From Opitutaceae bacterium (GTDB lineage: Bacteria > Verrucomicrobiota > Verrucomicrobiia > Opitutales > Opitutaceae), in contig SXSC01000090.1 of the NCBI GenBank assembly GCA_005792355.1, positions 550 through 64,549 on the forward strand: a stretch of DNA of 64,000 bases. Reading direction: 5' to 3'. This document shows positions 1-9,227 of the stretch, piece by piece. The first letter of the stretch is position 1; every line of letters begins with the position of its first letter. Position numbers and translations under genes: made by a program. A model generated the notes under the pieces. It was not told the origin of the DNA. It did no database searches and saw only the letters and a list, made by a program, of their open reading frames with translations.

Positions 1-1474
1 GCCAGGGCAGGAGATCGGGTTGCTCGATGTGACCGACGGCGCCGGTGCGCGTCGCGTGCGACTGCGCTTCGAGCGCGGCATGCGCTTCCTCCTTCGGCCG
101 GGTGTATTCCTGGGTGACCTTCGAGCGGCCGGGGCTCGGCGTCCCGGGGATGCGATCGGGCACGGGAATGCCGAGGATCATGGACGGCACGCCGCGCGTC
201 TTCTTGATTTCGCCGGGACCGCCGCGGCCGTTGCCGGGCGGGCCCTCACCCGGGGGTTGCGTAGACAGATTGCGATCCACGGCGGGAGCCTTGGTGTCGG
301 CCATCGGCTTGTTCACACCGGTGGACTTTTCCTGCTCGTCTTCGTCCTCGTCGCCGTCGTCCTCGGCGTCGGCCTTGGGATCCTGGCCGGTCTTGTCGGG
401 CTGCTCGGGGGCTTCGAACGGATTGAGGTTGCTGCTCGACGATGAGGATTTGCCCTGGCCGGAATTGGAATCCATCGCGAGCTGGCCGGTGTCTTTTTTC
501 TTGCGCGGTTTCTTCTTGGTGGCGGCGGATTCTTTTTCTTCCGGTTCCTCGGCCTTCGCCGCCTCGGGCTTTTTCTCGCTCGACTTGCTGCGCTGGCTCG
601 ATGCGAGCCCGGCGGAGCGAGTTCCGGAGTTCGAGGTGCTCGCCTGCGCGCCACCACCGCTGGCGGGCTGGCCATCCATGGGCTGTTCCTTCTTCGCCCG
701 CTGCGGCCGCTGCAAGGCGGCAGCCGTGGTTTTTTCGTCGGCCACCGCCGGCTCGGCGTCGGGCGGCGGGCGGGGGGAGCGGCGGACATTCAGGTTTGGG
801 TTGTCCGTCAACCCGGCCAGCGGGCTGGCCGCGGAGACTCGCGGCAAGGGCGGGCCCGCCTCCGGCTGGCCCGGACCGTGCGGGCTGATTGGGACGCGGC
901 CCAGCCAGATGAGGAGGACGGCGGCGAGCGCGCCCCACCAGCTGGCATTTTGGATTTTCCAGGCCGGGACGGGCAGCGGCGGGAGCGGCGTGACGATTGC
1001 CCGCCGCGCGCATTCGCGGGCATTGTCCACCGCGGCGCGCATGAACGCGCTGTGGGGTGCTTCCGCAGTCAAATCTTCCGAGGAAAGAAACTCATCGGCG
1101 ATGACGAGGCGGTCCTTGGACTCGAGCAAACGGTCGTGCAGGGCGAGGGCCGCCGCGCGTTGCGGCCGGAATTGAGTGACCGACCAACCGGCCCGTGCGA
1201 GCATGGACCCAAGCGGCCCGACCAGCGTCAGCGCCGCCATTGTCCAACCCCCGATCGGAGCTCCATCGACGGCGCCAGCCGCCCGCGCCAGCAGCACCAC
1301 CAACGGCGCCGCGCCCAACCAAAGCGGCGACCAGAGCGCCGCTTCACGCAGCGCGAGCCGCCACCGCCAATTTCGCAGCCGGCGCGCGCCCGCGCTCGAA
1401 ATCGCATCGAGCTGCGCCCGGAGCTGCGGCCGGTCGGGCGCCAGCGGTGGCAAGTTTTGCGGCGGTGGATTCAC
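1..1474 (-). CDS. Hypothetical membrane protein with N-terminal TM helices and a long low-complexity charged region; runs off the window edge (3' partial)
   Basis: Open minus-strand frame from GTG at 1474 to the edge, absent from the ORF track because there is no stop. Translation MNPPPQNLPPLAPDRPQLRAQLDAIS...LWSPLWLGAAPLVVLLARAAG...KDRLVIADEF..., then an S/K/E/D-rich region. Starts 36 bp after the upstream gene on the same strand. Confidence 0.7.
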   Translation of the reverse strand, partial: MNPPPQNLPPLAPDRPQLRAQLDAISSAGARRLRNWRWRLALREAALWSPLWLGAAPLVVLLARAAGAVDGAPIGGWTMAALTLVGPLGSMLARAGWSVTQFRPQRAAALALHDRLLESKDRLVIADEFLSSEDLTAEAPHSAFMRAAVDNARECARRAIVTPLPPLPVPAWKIQNASWWGALAAVLLIWLGRVPISPHGPGQPEAGPPLPRVSAASPLAGLTDNPNLNVRRSPRPPPDAEPAVADEKTTAAALQRPQRAKKEQPMDGQPASGGGAQASTSNSGTRSAGLASSQRSKSSEKKPEAAKAEEPEEKESAATKKKPRKKKDTGQLAMDSNSGQGKSSSSSSNLNPFEAPEQPDKTGQDPKADAEDDGDEDEDEQEKSTGVNKPMADTKAPAVDRNLSTQPPGEGPPGNGRGGPGEIKKTRGVPSMILGIPVPDRIPGTPSPGRSKVTQEYTRPKEEAHAALEAQSHATRTGAVGHIEQPDLLPW

Positions 1475-1510
1475 GATGGGTGGGCGAACGGCAGGAAGTC
1501 GGCCGGCGGA

Positions 1511-3121
1511 TCAACTATCCAGCATCGCGAGATCTTCCGCGGGGATGAGTTTCCGGAGACGTTCCATCGCGGCGGTGATTTCCTTCTTCTCGGCCGCCGT
1601 GACCGGAGCGCCCGCGACTGCCAGCGCCGCCTTGTAGCGGGAATACGCGCGGGCCGACCGCCCCTGCCGATCGTAAACCCGCCCGAGATTCAGCGCGATG
1701 CGGTACGCCTGCAGCGCCCGATCCGGATCCGAGCGGTTGAGCGGCACGAACGCGGCCGACAACAGGTGCGTCCACGCCAGCTGCAAATTATCCTGCTCGA
1801 GGTATTGTTCACCGAGGATGCGATGCAAGCGGTAGACGTGCTGCACCGTGACCGCGCCGCGCGAATGCTTGAGGGCGAGTTGCGCGGCCATGATCGTGAT
1901 CGCGGTCTTGCCCGGCAGTCCGGCCAGCCGGTTCACGTAAGTCATGCAACTGTCCAGGCGACGCTCGGGCAGCGAGGTGTCCAGCACCCATTGCAGGGCC
2001 TTCAACACCACTTCGTCAGCCACGCCCCATTCGTCCATCCGCAGGGCGATCAGGCGGGTGGCCGCGTCGGCGGCGAGGCGGTTGGTCGGATTCGCTTCGA
2101 GGAACGCCTGAAACGCGTCGGCGGTGTTGGCGGCCTCCGCCAGGAAAAATGCCCGGTCCGCCTTCGGTGCCGGCGGCAGGTCCTTTTGCTGGCTGAAGCG
2201 GATGCGCGAGCTCGACCAGTTGAACACCACCTTGAAAGACTCGAGCAGGTTCACCCCGGAAAACAGCAGCGGGCCTTCCACGCCCTCGACGGGTTTGGCG
2301 CCCCATGCCTTCGGGCGAAACGCCACAAACTGCGACAACTCGAGCAGGCCGGAGCCGAGCAGCCGCACCGGCTCAACATCGCCGGCCGGTTTGTTGAGCC
2401 GCCGGGCGAATTCGGGATCGATGAACGTGTCGTAGTTGGAGCTGCCGAGAATCATGCGAGCCGGCGCCGAGGGCCCGGGCGAGGCTCCGGTGGGGGCTAT
2501 CACTTGGAGCGAGATCTGTCCGTCCCGCCACTCAAACGAGCCGCTGAACTCGCCGCTGGCCGTGCCGCCCGGATCGGCCGCGGCCCCGCTCAGCGGCGCG
2601 AGCACCAGCTGTTTCGCCGTCAGATCCAGGGTGACGTGGTAGTTCTTCAGGAAGCCCAGCCCGAGCATGCCCTTGAGCTTGCGCTCCTCAAGTTGGTTGG
2701 CGAAGGCGCGCGTCATCTGGTCGTGGAGATTCGCGCGCGCCGCCGATTTCTCGGCTTTGATATCCTTGCCGGGAAAGAGCAGGGTGGTGCCGTCCGAAAA
2801 CTTGACGCGGACCATTTCGTTTTGCCCCTTGGCGCCGCCGGCAAGCTTCAGCCAGCCGTGTTGGTCGGGATCGAGCGTCAGGAGGTCCGGGTAATCGAGG
2901 GCCAGCTCGAAACTGATCCCGTCTTCCATGCCTCCCTGATCGTGGACGGTCACGCCGAGCACGATATGGCCGTCGACGACCTTGATCGGCAGCGTGAGTG
3001 ACTGCGCGCCGAGGCGCTCGCCCGGCTGGGCCGGCTGCGGGGCCGGGGCCTGGGCCTGGGCCGCGGCGATGCCGCACCCGAGCAGCAACGCGAAGCTGGC
3101 GGTGAAGAGGCGAAGATTCAT
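1511..3121 (-). CDS. Secreted protein with two retropepsin (aspartyl protease)-like domains and a C-terminal TPR-like helical region
   Basis: Signal peptide MNLRLFTASFALLLGCGIAAAQA. Retropepsin-like motifs LPIKVVDGHIVLGVTV and GMLGLGFLKNYHVTLDLTAKQLVL; second copy SGVNLLESFKVVFNWSSSRIRF. TPR-like ALNLGRVYDRQGRSARAYSRYKAAL. Confidence 0.6.
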   Translation of the reverse strand: MNLRLFTASFALLLGCGIAAAQAQAPAPQPAQPGERLGAQSLTLPIKVVDGHIVLGVTVHDQGGMEDGISFELALDYPDLLTLDPDQHGWLKLAGGAKGQNEMVRVKFSDGTTLLFPGKDIKAEKSAARANLHDQMTRAFANQLEERKLKGMLGLGFLKNYHVTLDLTAKQLVLAPLSGAAADPGGTASGEFSGSFEWRDGQISLQVIAPTGASPGPSAPARMILGSSNYDTFIDPEFARRLNKPAGDVEPVRLLGSGLLELSQFVAFRPKAWGAKPVEGVEGPLLFSGVNLLESFKVVFNWSSSRIRFSQQKDLPPAPKADRAFFLAEAANTADAFQAFLEANPTNRLAADAATRLIALRMDEWGVADEVVLKALQWVLDTSLPERRLDSCMTYVNRLAGLPGKTAITIMAAQLALKHSRGAVTVQHVYRLHRILGEQYLEQDNLQLAWTHLLSAAFVPLNRSDPDRALQAYRIALNLGRVYDRQGRSARAYSRYKAALAVAGAPVTAAEKKEITAAMERLRKLIPAEDLAMLDS

Positions 3122-3565
3122 GGGAAACTTGTCGAAGAGCGGGTCGCGGCGGCGAGGCGCTGGGCGCCAGCCCGAAATCACGCTCGGCGGGCGGATCGCG
3201 GTGGCGGGACCCGGTGGGAAAAGGACGCCATGAGGGGAAAGTGGGACGACATGTAAAAATCAGCGCTGGCGGCGAAAGCCGGGCGACGCTACCCAATTAG
3301 ACGATTCAAACCGGAAAAAGCCCGTACTTTTTTCGGGAAAAGTGACCGCTGGATGGCAGGAGATGAGGGAGGCGGCTCGATCGGAGGAGGCGTGAGCCGG
3401 CTGCGTTGTGCGGTTGGGGGATGAAATGGGGGAAAGGAGGTGTCCAAGGGTCCAAGGCTGCGGTCCTGGGGCAAGCGGCGAACCCCGGCTCCTGGCCACA
3501 AGCTGCGAGCGGGCCGGTCGCGGGAAATCGCAAAGCTGGGGGTGGCGGCAAGCAGCCAGAATCGA

Positions 3566-4171
3566 TCAGAACAATTTTTTCACCGACAGCCGATACTCCC
3601 GCAGGCGGAGGCTGCCCCAGGTGCTGTACCAATAGGAAGTGGCGCCGAGTTCGAAGGGCGGCGCTTTGTCCAACACGTTGAGGATGGTAAGTTGGACTTC
3701 AACGCCCTTGAACAAATTGAGCGGGTCTTTCAGACCCTTGATCTGCGAGCCAAACCGGTAGCCGACAAACACGTCGTGATACCATTGCTGCTCCGTCATG
3801 TTGGTGCCCGAGGCTTGGATGTTCGTGAGGCTGGTCGAAATCGGCGGACCCGAGACTCGGCCGCTGCCGTAATACCGCGTCGACCAACCCGAGTTCCACT
3901 GGCGATAGTCCCAGGCGAGCGTGGTGCTGTAGCGAAACGCGAGCGGGCCGCTGCCGGGGAAATTGACGTAGTCGAGGTAGGGCTGATTGATGACGGTCTT
4001 GCGCTTGTAGTGCTTGGGTAACGTCGTGTTGAAGCTGAAATTGAATCCGCCGAAACGCTCGGTGCGGCGGTTGTAGCTGACCGTGAGGTCGAAGCCCTCA
4101 TTGAACGCCCGATACAAATTATTTTCCGGCAAGTTGAAGCACCTTTGCTGCCAGTTGCAGCGACTGGTCAA
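3566..4171 (-). pseudogene. C-terminal fragment (~190 aa) of a TonB-dependent receptor
   Basis: Amphipathic beta-strands, NEGFDLTVSY, VQLTILNVLDKAPPF and terminal YRLSVKKLF are typical TBDR barrel ends. No signal peptide or plug, and no room for them: the upstream gene stops at 4245. Confidence 0.75.
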
Positions 4172-4244
4172 AATTGTTCGTCAGCGAAGGAGGCGACCGC
4201 ACCCGCGGCGGTTCGCCCTTCATCTCGACGGTGGCGTGGCAAGC

Positions 4245-5156
4245 CTACGCCTTTTTTGCCGCCGGGACCGTGAGTTTGAACTCCTTCAAGACCGCATCGA
4301 CCATCTCCGTGTCGACCTTCATCGGGTGTGACTTGTGGCGGACGATGCCGTCAGGCGCGATAATCACCATGCTGGGAATTCCGGTGATGCCGTAGTCGGA
4401 ATTGAAGACCTTCTCTTCGCTGAACGCCGTGATCCAAGTCATGTCGTGCTTCTTGATGAAGTCGGGCGTCAGCGCCATTTCCTTCTCGGGGTCGCCTTGC
4501 ACATCAATCGCCCGGGCTTCGAGATTCGACACCCTGCCTTGAATGCTGGTGACGCCGATGATGACGACCTCGGCACCCTTGAAATGCGCCGTGAGTTCGC
4601 GCACGTGCGGGAACGAGGAGATGCACGGGCCGCACCAGGTGGCCCAGAAATCGAGGATGACCACCTTGCCCTTGAGGCTCGAGAGCGTCTTCAAGCCGGG
4701 TTGGGTCGACCAGATAAAATTCAGTTCGGGCGCGGGTTTGCCGACGATGGCTGCGGGTACTTCGGGGCCCCCGCTGGCCTTGCCCGGTCCGGCCAGCAGG
4801 CGGTCGATGCTGGCGGCGACTTTCGTGTCGGGGAAGTTCGTCTTGATCTCCAAGAGGAGGGACTTGCCGCGCTCGTTATCTTTCAAAACCTGCGTGTAGA
4901 GCGTCGCCTTCATGAACGCGATTTGGGCCACCTCGTCGGTTTTCAGGGCTTGGTACTTGGCGAGCAGGGTGTCGAAGGCGGCCAGTTCGGGGGCGAGCTC
5001 GGCGGCGGATTTCTGGCCGTCCTTGAGCTTGGCCTGCACCCGGGCCACGAGCGTCTTAAGCTCGGAGTCCGGCGTGGGCGCGGAGTCTTGGGCGGTGACG
5101 GGAGCAAGGACACCTAACACCAGCGCAAGGCCGGCGGCAAAGATTCGGGTATTCAT
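4245..5156 (-). CDS. TlpA/ResA-family thiol:disulfide oxidoreductase (secreted thioredoxin-like)
   Basis: Signal peptide MNTRIFAAGLALVLGVLAPVTA; LKGKVVILDFWATWCGPC; YGITGIPSMVIIAPDGIVR. Confidence 0.9.
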   Translation of the reverse strand: MNTRIFAAGLALVLGVLAPVTAQDSAPTPDSELKTLVARVQAKLKDGQKSAAELAPELAAFDTLLAKYQALKTDEVAQIAFMKATLYTQVLKDNERGKSLLLEIKTNFPDTKVAASIDRLLAGPGKASGGPEVPAAIVGKPAPELNFIWSTQPGLKTLSSLKGKVVILDFWATWCGPCISSFPHVRELTAHFKGAEVVIIGVTSIQGRVSNLEARAIDVQGDPEKEMALTPDFIKKHDMTWITAFSEEKVFNSDYGITGIPSMVIIAPDGIVRHKSHPMKVDTEMVDAVLKEFKLTVPAAKKA

Positions 5157-5488
5157 GGGTGGAAAAAGAATTACGGTGAACGGGCACTGAGAGCGGATCG
5201 GACGCCTGCGACAAGCGGAAATCTCGGCGGACTCGCGAAAACCGATTTCGGGGTGGAGCCGCGGCATCGTCGGCCTGGCGATGGGGCCCGCGTCGTGAAA
5301 CGTCTCGGTGCAATCCGTCGCCGTGCCCTCGATGTCGCGGAAATGCACCCACCGATGCGGTCAGCGAAGCGCCGTGCGGTCGCCGGTCGGTGAAACGGGG
5401 TGGGGCACTCCGGCGCCCAAGAACCAGCGGGCACGCGATTTTTGGAGTCGCGCAACCCCGACTCGTCCCTTTCGTCTCACTCCCCACC

Positions 5489-6946
5489 ATGACGACTCCC
5501 CGCCGCCTCATTGCCTTCTTTGGGTTCGCCACCCTGTGCCTGAGTCCGGTCACGCTGCGCGCCGCCGCCGACGCGAAGGCCCCTCGACCCAATGTGCTCT
5601 TCATCCTCGCGGACGATCTGGGCTGGGCCGACGTTGGTTTTCACGGCGGTGAGATTAAAACGCCGGCCATCGACCGGCTGGCGGCGGCCGGCACGCGACT
5701 GGAGCAGTTTTACGTGCAACCGGTTTGTTCGCCGACGCGGGCGGCGTTCATGACGGGCCGTTATCCGATTCGGCACGGGCTGCACCTGGGGGTGGTGCGA
5801 CCGTGGGCGACGTACGGTCTGCCGCTCGACGAGCGCACGCTGCCGCAGGCGTTGAAGGAGGCGGGTTATGTCACCGCGATCACGGGCAAGTGGCACCTCG
5901 GGCATTTCGAGCCCGCGTATCTGCCGACGCGCCGCGGTTTCGATCACCAATACGGGCACTACAACGGTGCGCTCGATTACAACACCCACGAGCGCGACGG
6001 CGGATTTGACTGGCACCGCGATGACCGGGTGTGCCGCGACGAGGGCTACGCGACGCATTTGCTCGCGCGCGAGGCCGCGCGCCTGATTGCGGAACACGAC
6101 GCGAGCAAGCCGCTGTTTCTGTACGTGCCGTTCAACGCGGTGCATTCGCCGCATCAGGTGCCGGAGAGTTACACGGCGCCTTACGCCCACCTGCAGGGCA
6201 ACCGCCGCATCTACGCCGGCATGCTCGCGGCGATGGACGAGGCGATCGGCCAGATTGTCGGCGCGATCGAAAAAAAGGGCCTGCGGGAGAACACGTTGAT
6301 CTTCTTCTGCTCCGACAACGGTGGCCCGTCGCCCGGGGTGGTGACAAGCAACGGCCCGCTGCGCGCGGGCAAGGCCACGCTCTACGAAGGTGGCGTGCGG
6401 GTGCCGGCCGTCGCGGTGTGGCCGGGAAAGATCAGAGCGGGCGCGATCGTCGAGGCGCCGCTGCACATGGTTGATTGGTATCCGACCCTGTTGAAACTGG
6501 CGGGTGTTTCGCTCGGGCAAAAGCACCCGCTCGACGGGCGCGACGCGTGGCCGGCGATCACGCAGGGAGCCCCGTCGCCCCACGACGACATTTTGCACAA
6601 CATCACCGCCACCGGGGGGGCGGTGCGCATGGGCGACTGGAAACTGGTCGTAAACGGCCAGGTGAGCGACGGGGCGGATTTGGCGGCGGTGGAGGCCGCC
6701 ACGGCCGTGACCGGCGCGAAGAAGAAAGGCGCGAAGAAAGCCGCCAAGTCGGCGGCGGGGAACGTGGAACTGTTTAATCTCAAGGCCGACCCTTACGAGC
6801 AGGCCAACGTCGCGGCGGCAAACCCGGCGAAGGTGCAGGAGTTGCAGGTGCGATTGGACGCCTACCGGCAGGCCGCCGTGCCCTCGAAACTCGCGCCCGC
6901 GCCGGCGGGTTTCAAGGCGCCGAAGGTCTGGGGCGAGCAGGACTGA
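5489..6946 (+). CDS. Arylsulfatase (Cys-type, family S1)
   Basis: Signal peptide; PNVLFILADDLG, CSPTRAAFMTGRY, GKWHLG, SDNGG, LYEGGVRVP. Confidence 0.95.
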   Translation: MTTPRRLIAFFGFATLCLSPVTLRAAADAKAPRPNVLFILADDLGWADVGFHGGEIKTPAIDRLAAAGTRLEQFYVQPVCSPTRAAFMTGRYPIRHGLHLGVVRPWATYGLPLDERTLPQALKEAGYVTAITGKWHLGHFEPAYLPTRRGFDHQYGHYNGALDYNTHERDGGFDWHRDDRVCRDEGYATHLLAREAARLIAEHDASKPLFLYVPFNAVHSPHQVPESYTAPYAHLQGNRRIYAGMLAAMDEAIGQIVGAIEKKGLRENTLIFFCSDNGGPSPGVVTSNGPLRAGKATLYEGGVRVPAVAVWPGKIRAGAIVEAPLHMVDWYPTLLKLAGVSLGQKHPLDGRDAWPAITQGAPSPHDDILHNITATGGAVRMGDWKLVVNGQVSDGADLAAVEAATAVTGAKKKGAKKAAKSAAGNVELFNLKADPYEQANVAAANPAKVQELQVRLDAYRQAAVPSKLAPAPAGFKAPKVWGEQD

Positions 6947-6948
6947 TC

Positions 6949-7042
6949 CGTAACGATTCAGTCGAAGGGCGAGTGTTCACTCGTACGCTCTCAGCTCAGC
7001 CCGTTGGGGACAACGGGCTCCACCTCGGACTGAATCGTTACG
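6949..7042. repeat. MITE/REPIN-like element with 15-bp perfect terminal inverted repeats and an internal hairpin
   Basis: CGTAACGATTCAGTC (6949-6963) and GACTGAATCGTTACG (7028-7042); internal stem AGCCCGTTG-ggga-CAACGGGCT (6998-7019). Lies between convergent genes. Confidence 0.75.
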
Positions 7043-7059
7043 ACCGAGGACGCGGTGCG

Positions 7060-8445
7060 CTACAGCCCGGCGACGTCCCAGCCTTGGCGATACGAGCGGC
7101 GGATGTATTGGTTGGCCGTTTTCTCGTTGTCGAATTGCAGCTTGGCCGCGTTCCACTCCAGCGTGGTCTGCGGGAACCGCACCGCGACGCTACCGAGCAA
7201 CACGCTCTCCGTGAGCGGTCCCGCGTAGTCGAAATTCGCGCCGGGCTTGCCGCCGTTCACGCAGGCCTCGGCCCACTCCGTCCAATGATGGCTTTGTTCG
7301 GCTTCGGGCAGCGTGTAGTCCTTGAATTTCTCCACGGGAAACAGCTTGGGCGCCGCGATGTGCGGCACGTGCAGCACCCCCGCGGTGCCGATGATGACCG
7401 AGCCCTGGTTGTCCGGCTCCTGTTTCTTCCTCGCCGTCTTTTCCTTGCCGGTAGTCGCCGCGGCATCGGCGGCGGGCGTTGCGATGAGGGCGCGAATTTC
7501 CGCCGGCGGCCGGGCATCGCCATCGTACCAGGTCACGGCGACCGTCTTGCCCTCGGTGAATTTCGTGCCGGGAAAAACATAGCGGATGTTCGCGTTGACC
7601 GCCCAATTCCACTGATCGGGCGCCGGCCCTTCCGAACGCAACGACAGCGGCGAAGTGAGTGCGAGCGCCTCGAACACGGGATCAAAGATGTGGCAGCCCA
7701 TGTCGCCGAACGTGCCCGTGCCGAATTCGAGCCGCTTGCGCCAGTTGCCCGGGTGATAGAAATCTTTGACGAAGGGCCGCGCGGCGCTCACGCCGAGCCA
7801 AAGATCCCAGTTCAGGCTCTCGGGCACGGGGTCGCTCCGTACCGGCGGAGAGCCGGTGTCGCCCCACTTTTTGCTGCTCCACGTGTGGACTTCCTTCACC
7901 TTGCCGATGACGCCGCTCTGGACGATCGCGACGGCCTGGCGGTAGACTTTATAGGAGTGGATCTGGATGCCCATCTGCGTGACGAGTTTTTTCCCGCGGG
8001 CAAAATTGGTCAGTGTGCGGGTCTCGTAGAGGTCGTGCGCGAGCGGCTTCTGGCAGTAGCAGTGTTTCCCGAGCTGCATCGCGGAGAGTGCGATTGGCGC
8101 GTGCATGTGGTCGGGCGTCGAGACGTTGACCGAATCGATGTTGCCTTGCTCCTTGTCCAGCAACTGGCGCCAGTCCTGGTAAACCTTCACGTCGGGGAAC
8201 GCCTCCTTGACCTGCTTGACGCGGCTGAGGTCGACATCGGCCACGGCGACGAGCTTCACGAACGGGTTGCTGGTGATGGCCTGGATGTCGGCCCAGGCCA
8301 TGCCGGAGGCGCCGAAACTGGCGTGGCGCAGCACGCGGCTTGGAGCGGCGGCGTGCAGGTTGCGCGCGAAGAACGGGGCGGCGAGCCCGGCGGCACCGAG
8401 GGTTTTGAGGAACGTGCGGCGGGTGACTGGCGGTTGATGGTTCAT
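7060..8445 (-). CDS. Gfo/Idh/MocA family oxidoreductase with Tat signal
   Basis: TRRTFLK Tat motif; VSTPDHMH, YCQKPL, GDMGCHIFD. Confidence 0.9.
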   Translation of the reverse strand: MNHQPPVTRRTFLKTLGAAGLAAPFFARNLHAAAPSRVLRHASFGASGMAWADIQAITSNPFVKLVAVADVDLSRVKQVKEAFPDVKVYQDWRQLLDKEQGNIDSVNVSTPDHMHAPIALSAMQLGKHCYCQKPLAHDLYETRTLTNFARGKKLVTQMGIQIHSYKVYRQAVAIVQSGVIGKVKEVHTWSSKKWGDTGSPPVRSDPVPESLNWDLWLGVSAARPFVKDFYHPGNWRKRLEFGTGTFGDMGCHIFDPVFEALALTSPLSLRSEGPAPDQWNWAVNANIRYVFPGTKFTEGKTVAVTWYDGDARPPAEIRALIATPAADAAATTGKEKTARKKQEPDNQGSVIIGTAGVLHVPHIAAPKLFPVEKFKDYTLPEAEQSHHWTEWAEACVNGGKPGANFDYAGPLTESVLLGSVAVRFPQTTLEWNAAKLQFDNEKTANQYIRRSYRQGWDVAGL

Positions 8446-8524
8446 AGAAAAAAAAGGTGTGGCTAGTCTTCTGGTGGCGCGCGGACGGATTGGCAATCCC
8501 GGGTCGGCGGTCGGCCGCTGCACA

Positions 8525-9151
8525 CTACTCCGCCCGTTTTCCCACCGGGATCTCCGCTGTGAAGCGCCCCAGGATGTTCAATTCCAGCGTGCCGCTGTCC
8601 TCCCCGGACCTGCGGGCGGACAGGGTGACCGGCGCCGCTCCTTTGGCCTTCGCAGCAGTCAACGGCACCCGCACCACCGCCGAATTGTCCTGGCTGTAGA
8701 AGGTGAGTTGAAAGCCCTTCTTGCCCGCTTTCTCGATGCCGAGCGAGAACACCGCGAGTTCCAGCTCCTTTTCGCCCGAGGCCACTTTCACGAGGCGGAG
8801 TTTGTCGTTGGAGACCACGGAGTCGCCCGACTTGGGCGAGAGTTTTGCCATCCATAGCTGGCCCACTGGTTGCACCGCACCCTTGTCCTTCCGGGCGGCC
8901 TTGTCGCGCTTTTCGGCCCTGAGCCGTTTGTCGGGGATGAGGATCGCGCCCACGTCACCGATCTTGAACCCGACGGCACGATCGGGGGTGAGTTCAAGCT
9001 TGAGGGGCACCGCACCCAAACGGGCGTTGGCGGCCATGAGCAGGTCCGTGGCCTTGGCCAGTTCGTCGGATGATATTGCCTGCGGTTCCTGTCCGCGGAG
9101 GAGACTGGCGGCCGTAAGGGTGGCGAAGATTGCGAGGAGGCTTGTTTTCAT
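8525..9151 (-). CDS. Secreted hypothetical protein
   Basis: Signal-like MKTSLLAIFATLTAASLLRG; codon usage consistent with coding; no family recognised. Confidence 0.7.
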   Translation of the reverse strand: MKTSLLAIFATLTAASLLRGQEPQAISSDELAKATDLLMAANARLGAVPLKLELTPDRAVGFKIGDVGAILIPDKRLRAEKRDKAARKDKGAVQPVGQLWMAKLSPKSGDSVVSNDKLRLVKVASGEKELELAVFSLGIEKAGKKGFQLTFYSQDNSAVVRVPLTAAKAKGAAPVTLSARRSGEDSGTLELNILGRFTAEIPVGKRAE

Positions 9152-9227
9152 GAGGGTGGTGGAAGCGGTTCGCGAGTCGGAGGACTCGAATATTCCCGGA
9201 GACCAATGGCGACGCGGGACCGAGGTT

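Noticed and set aside
45-3001. Long plus-strand ORFs (45-1175, 878-3001)
   Set aside because: Antisense shadows of the minus-strand genes in GC-rich DNA; no motifs and implausible composition.
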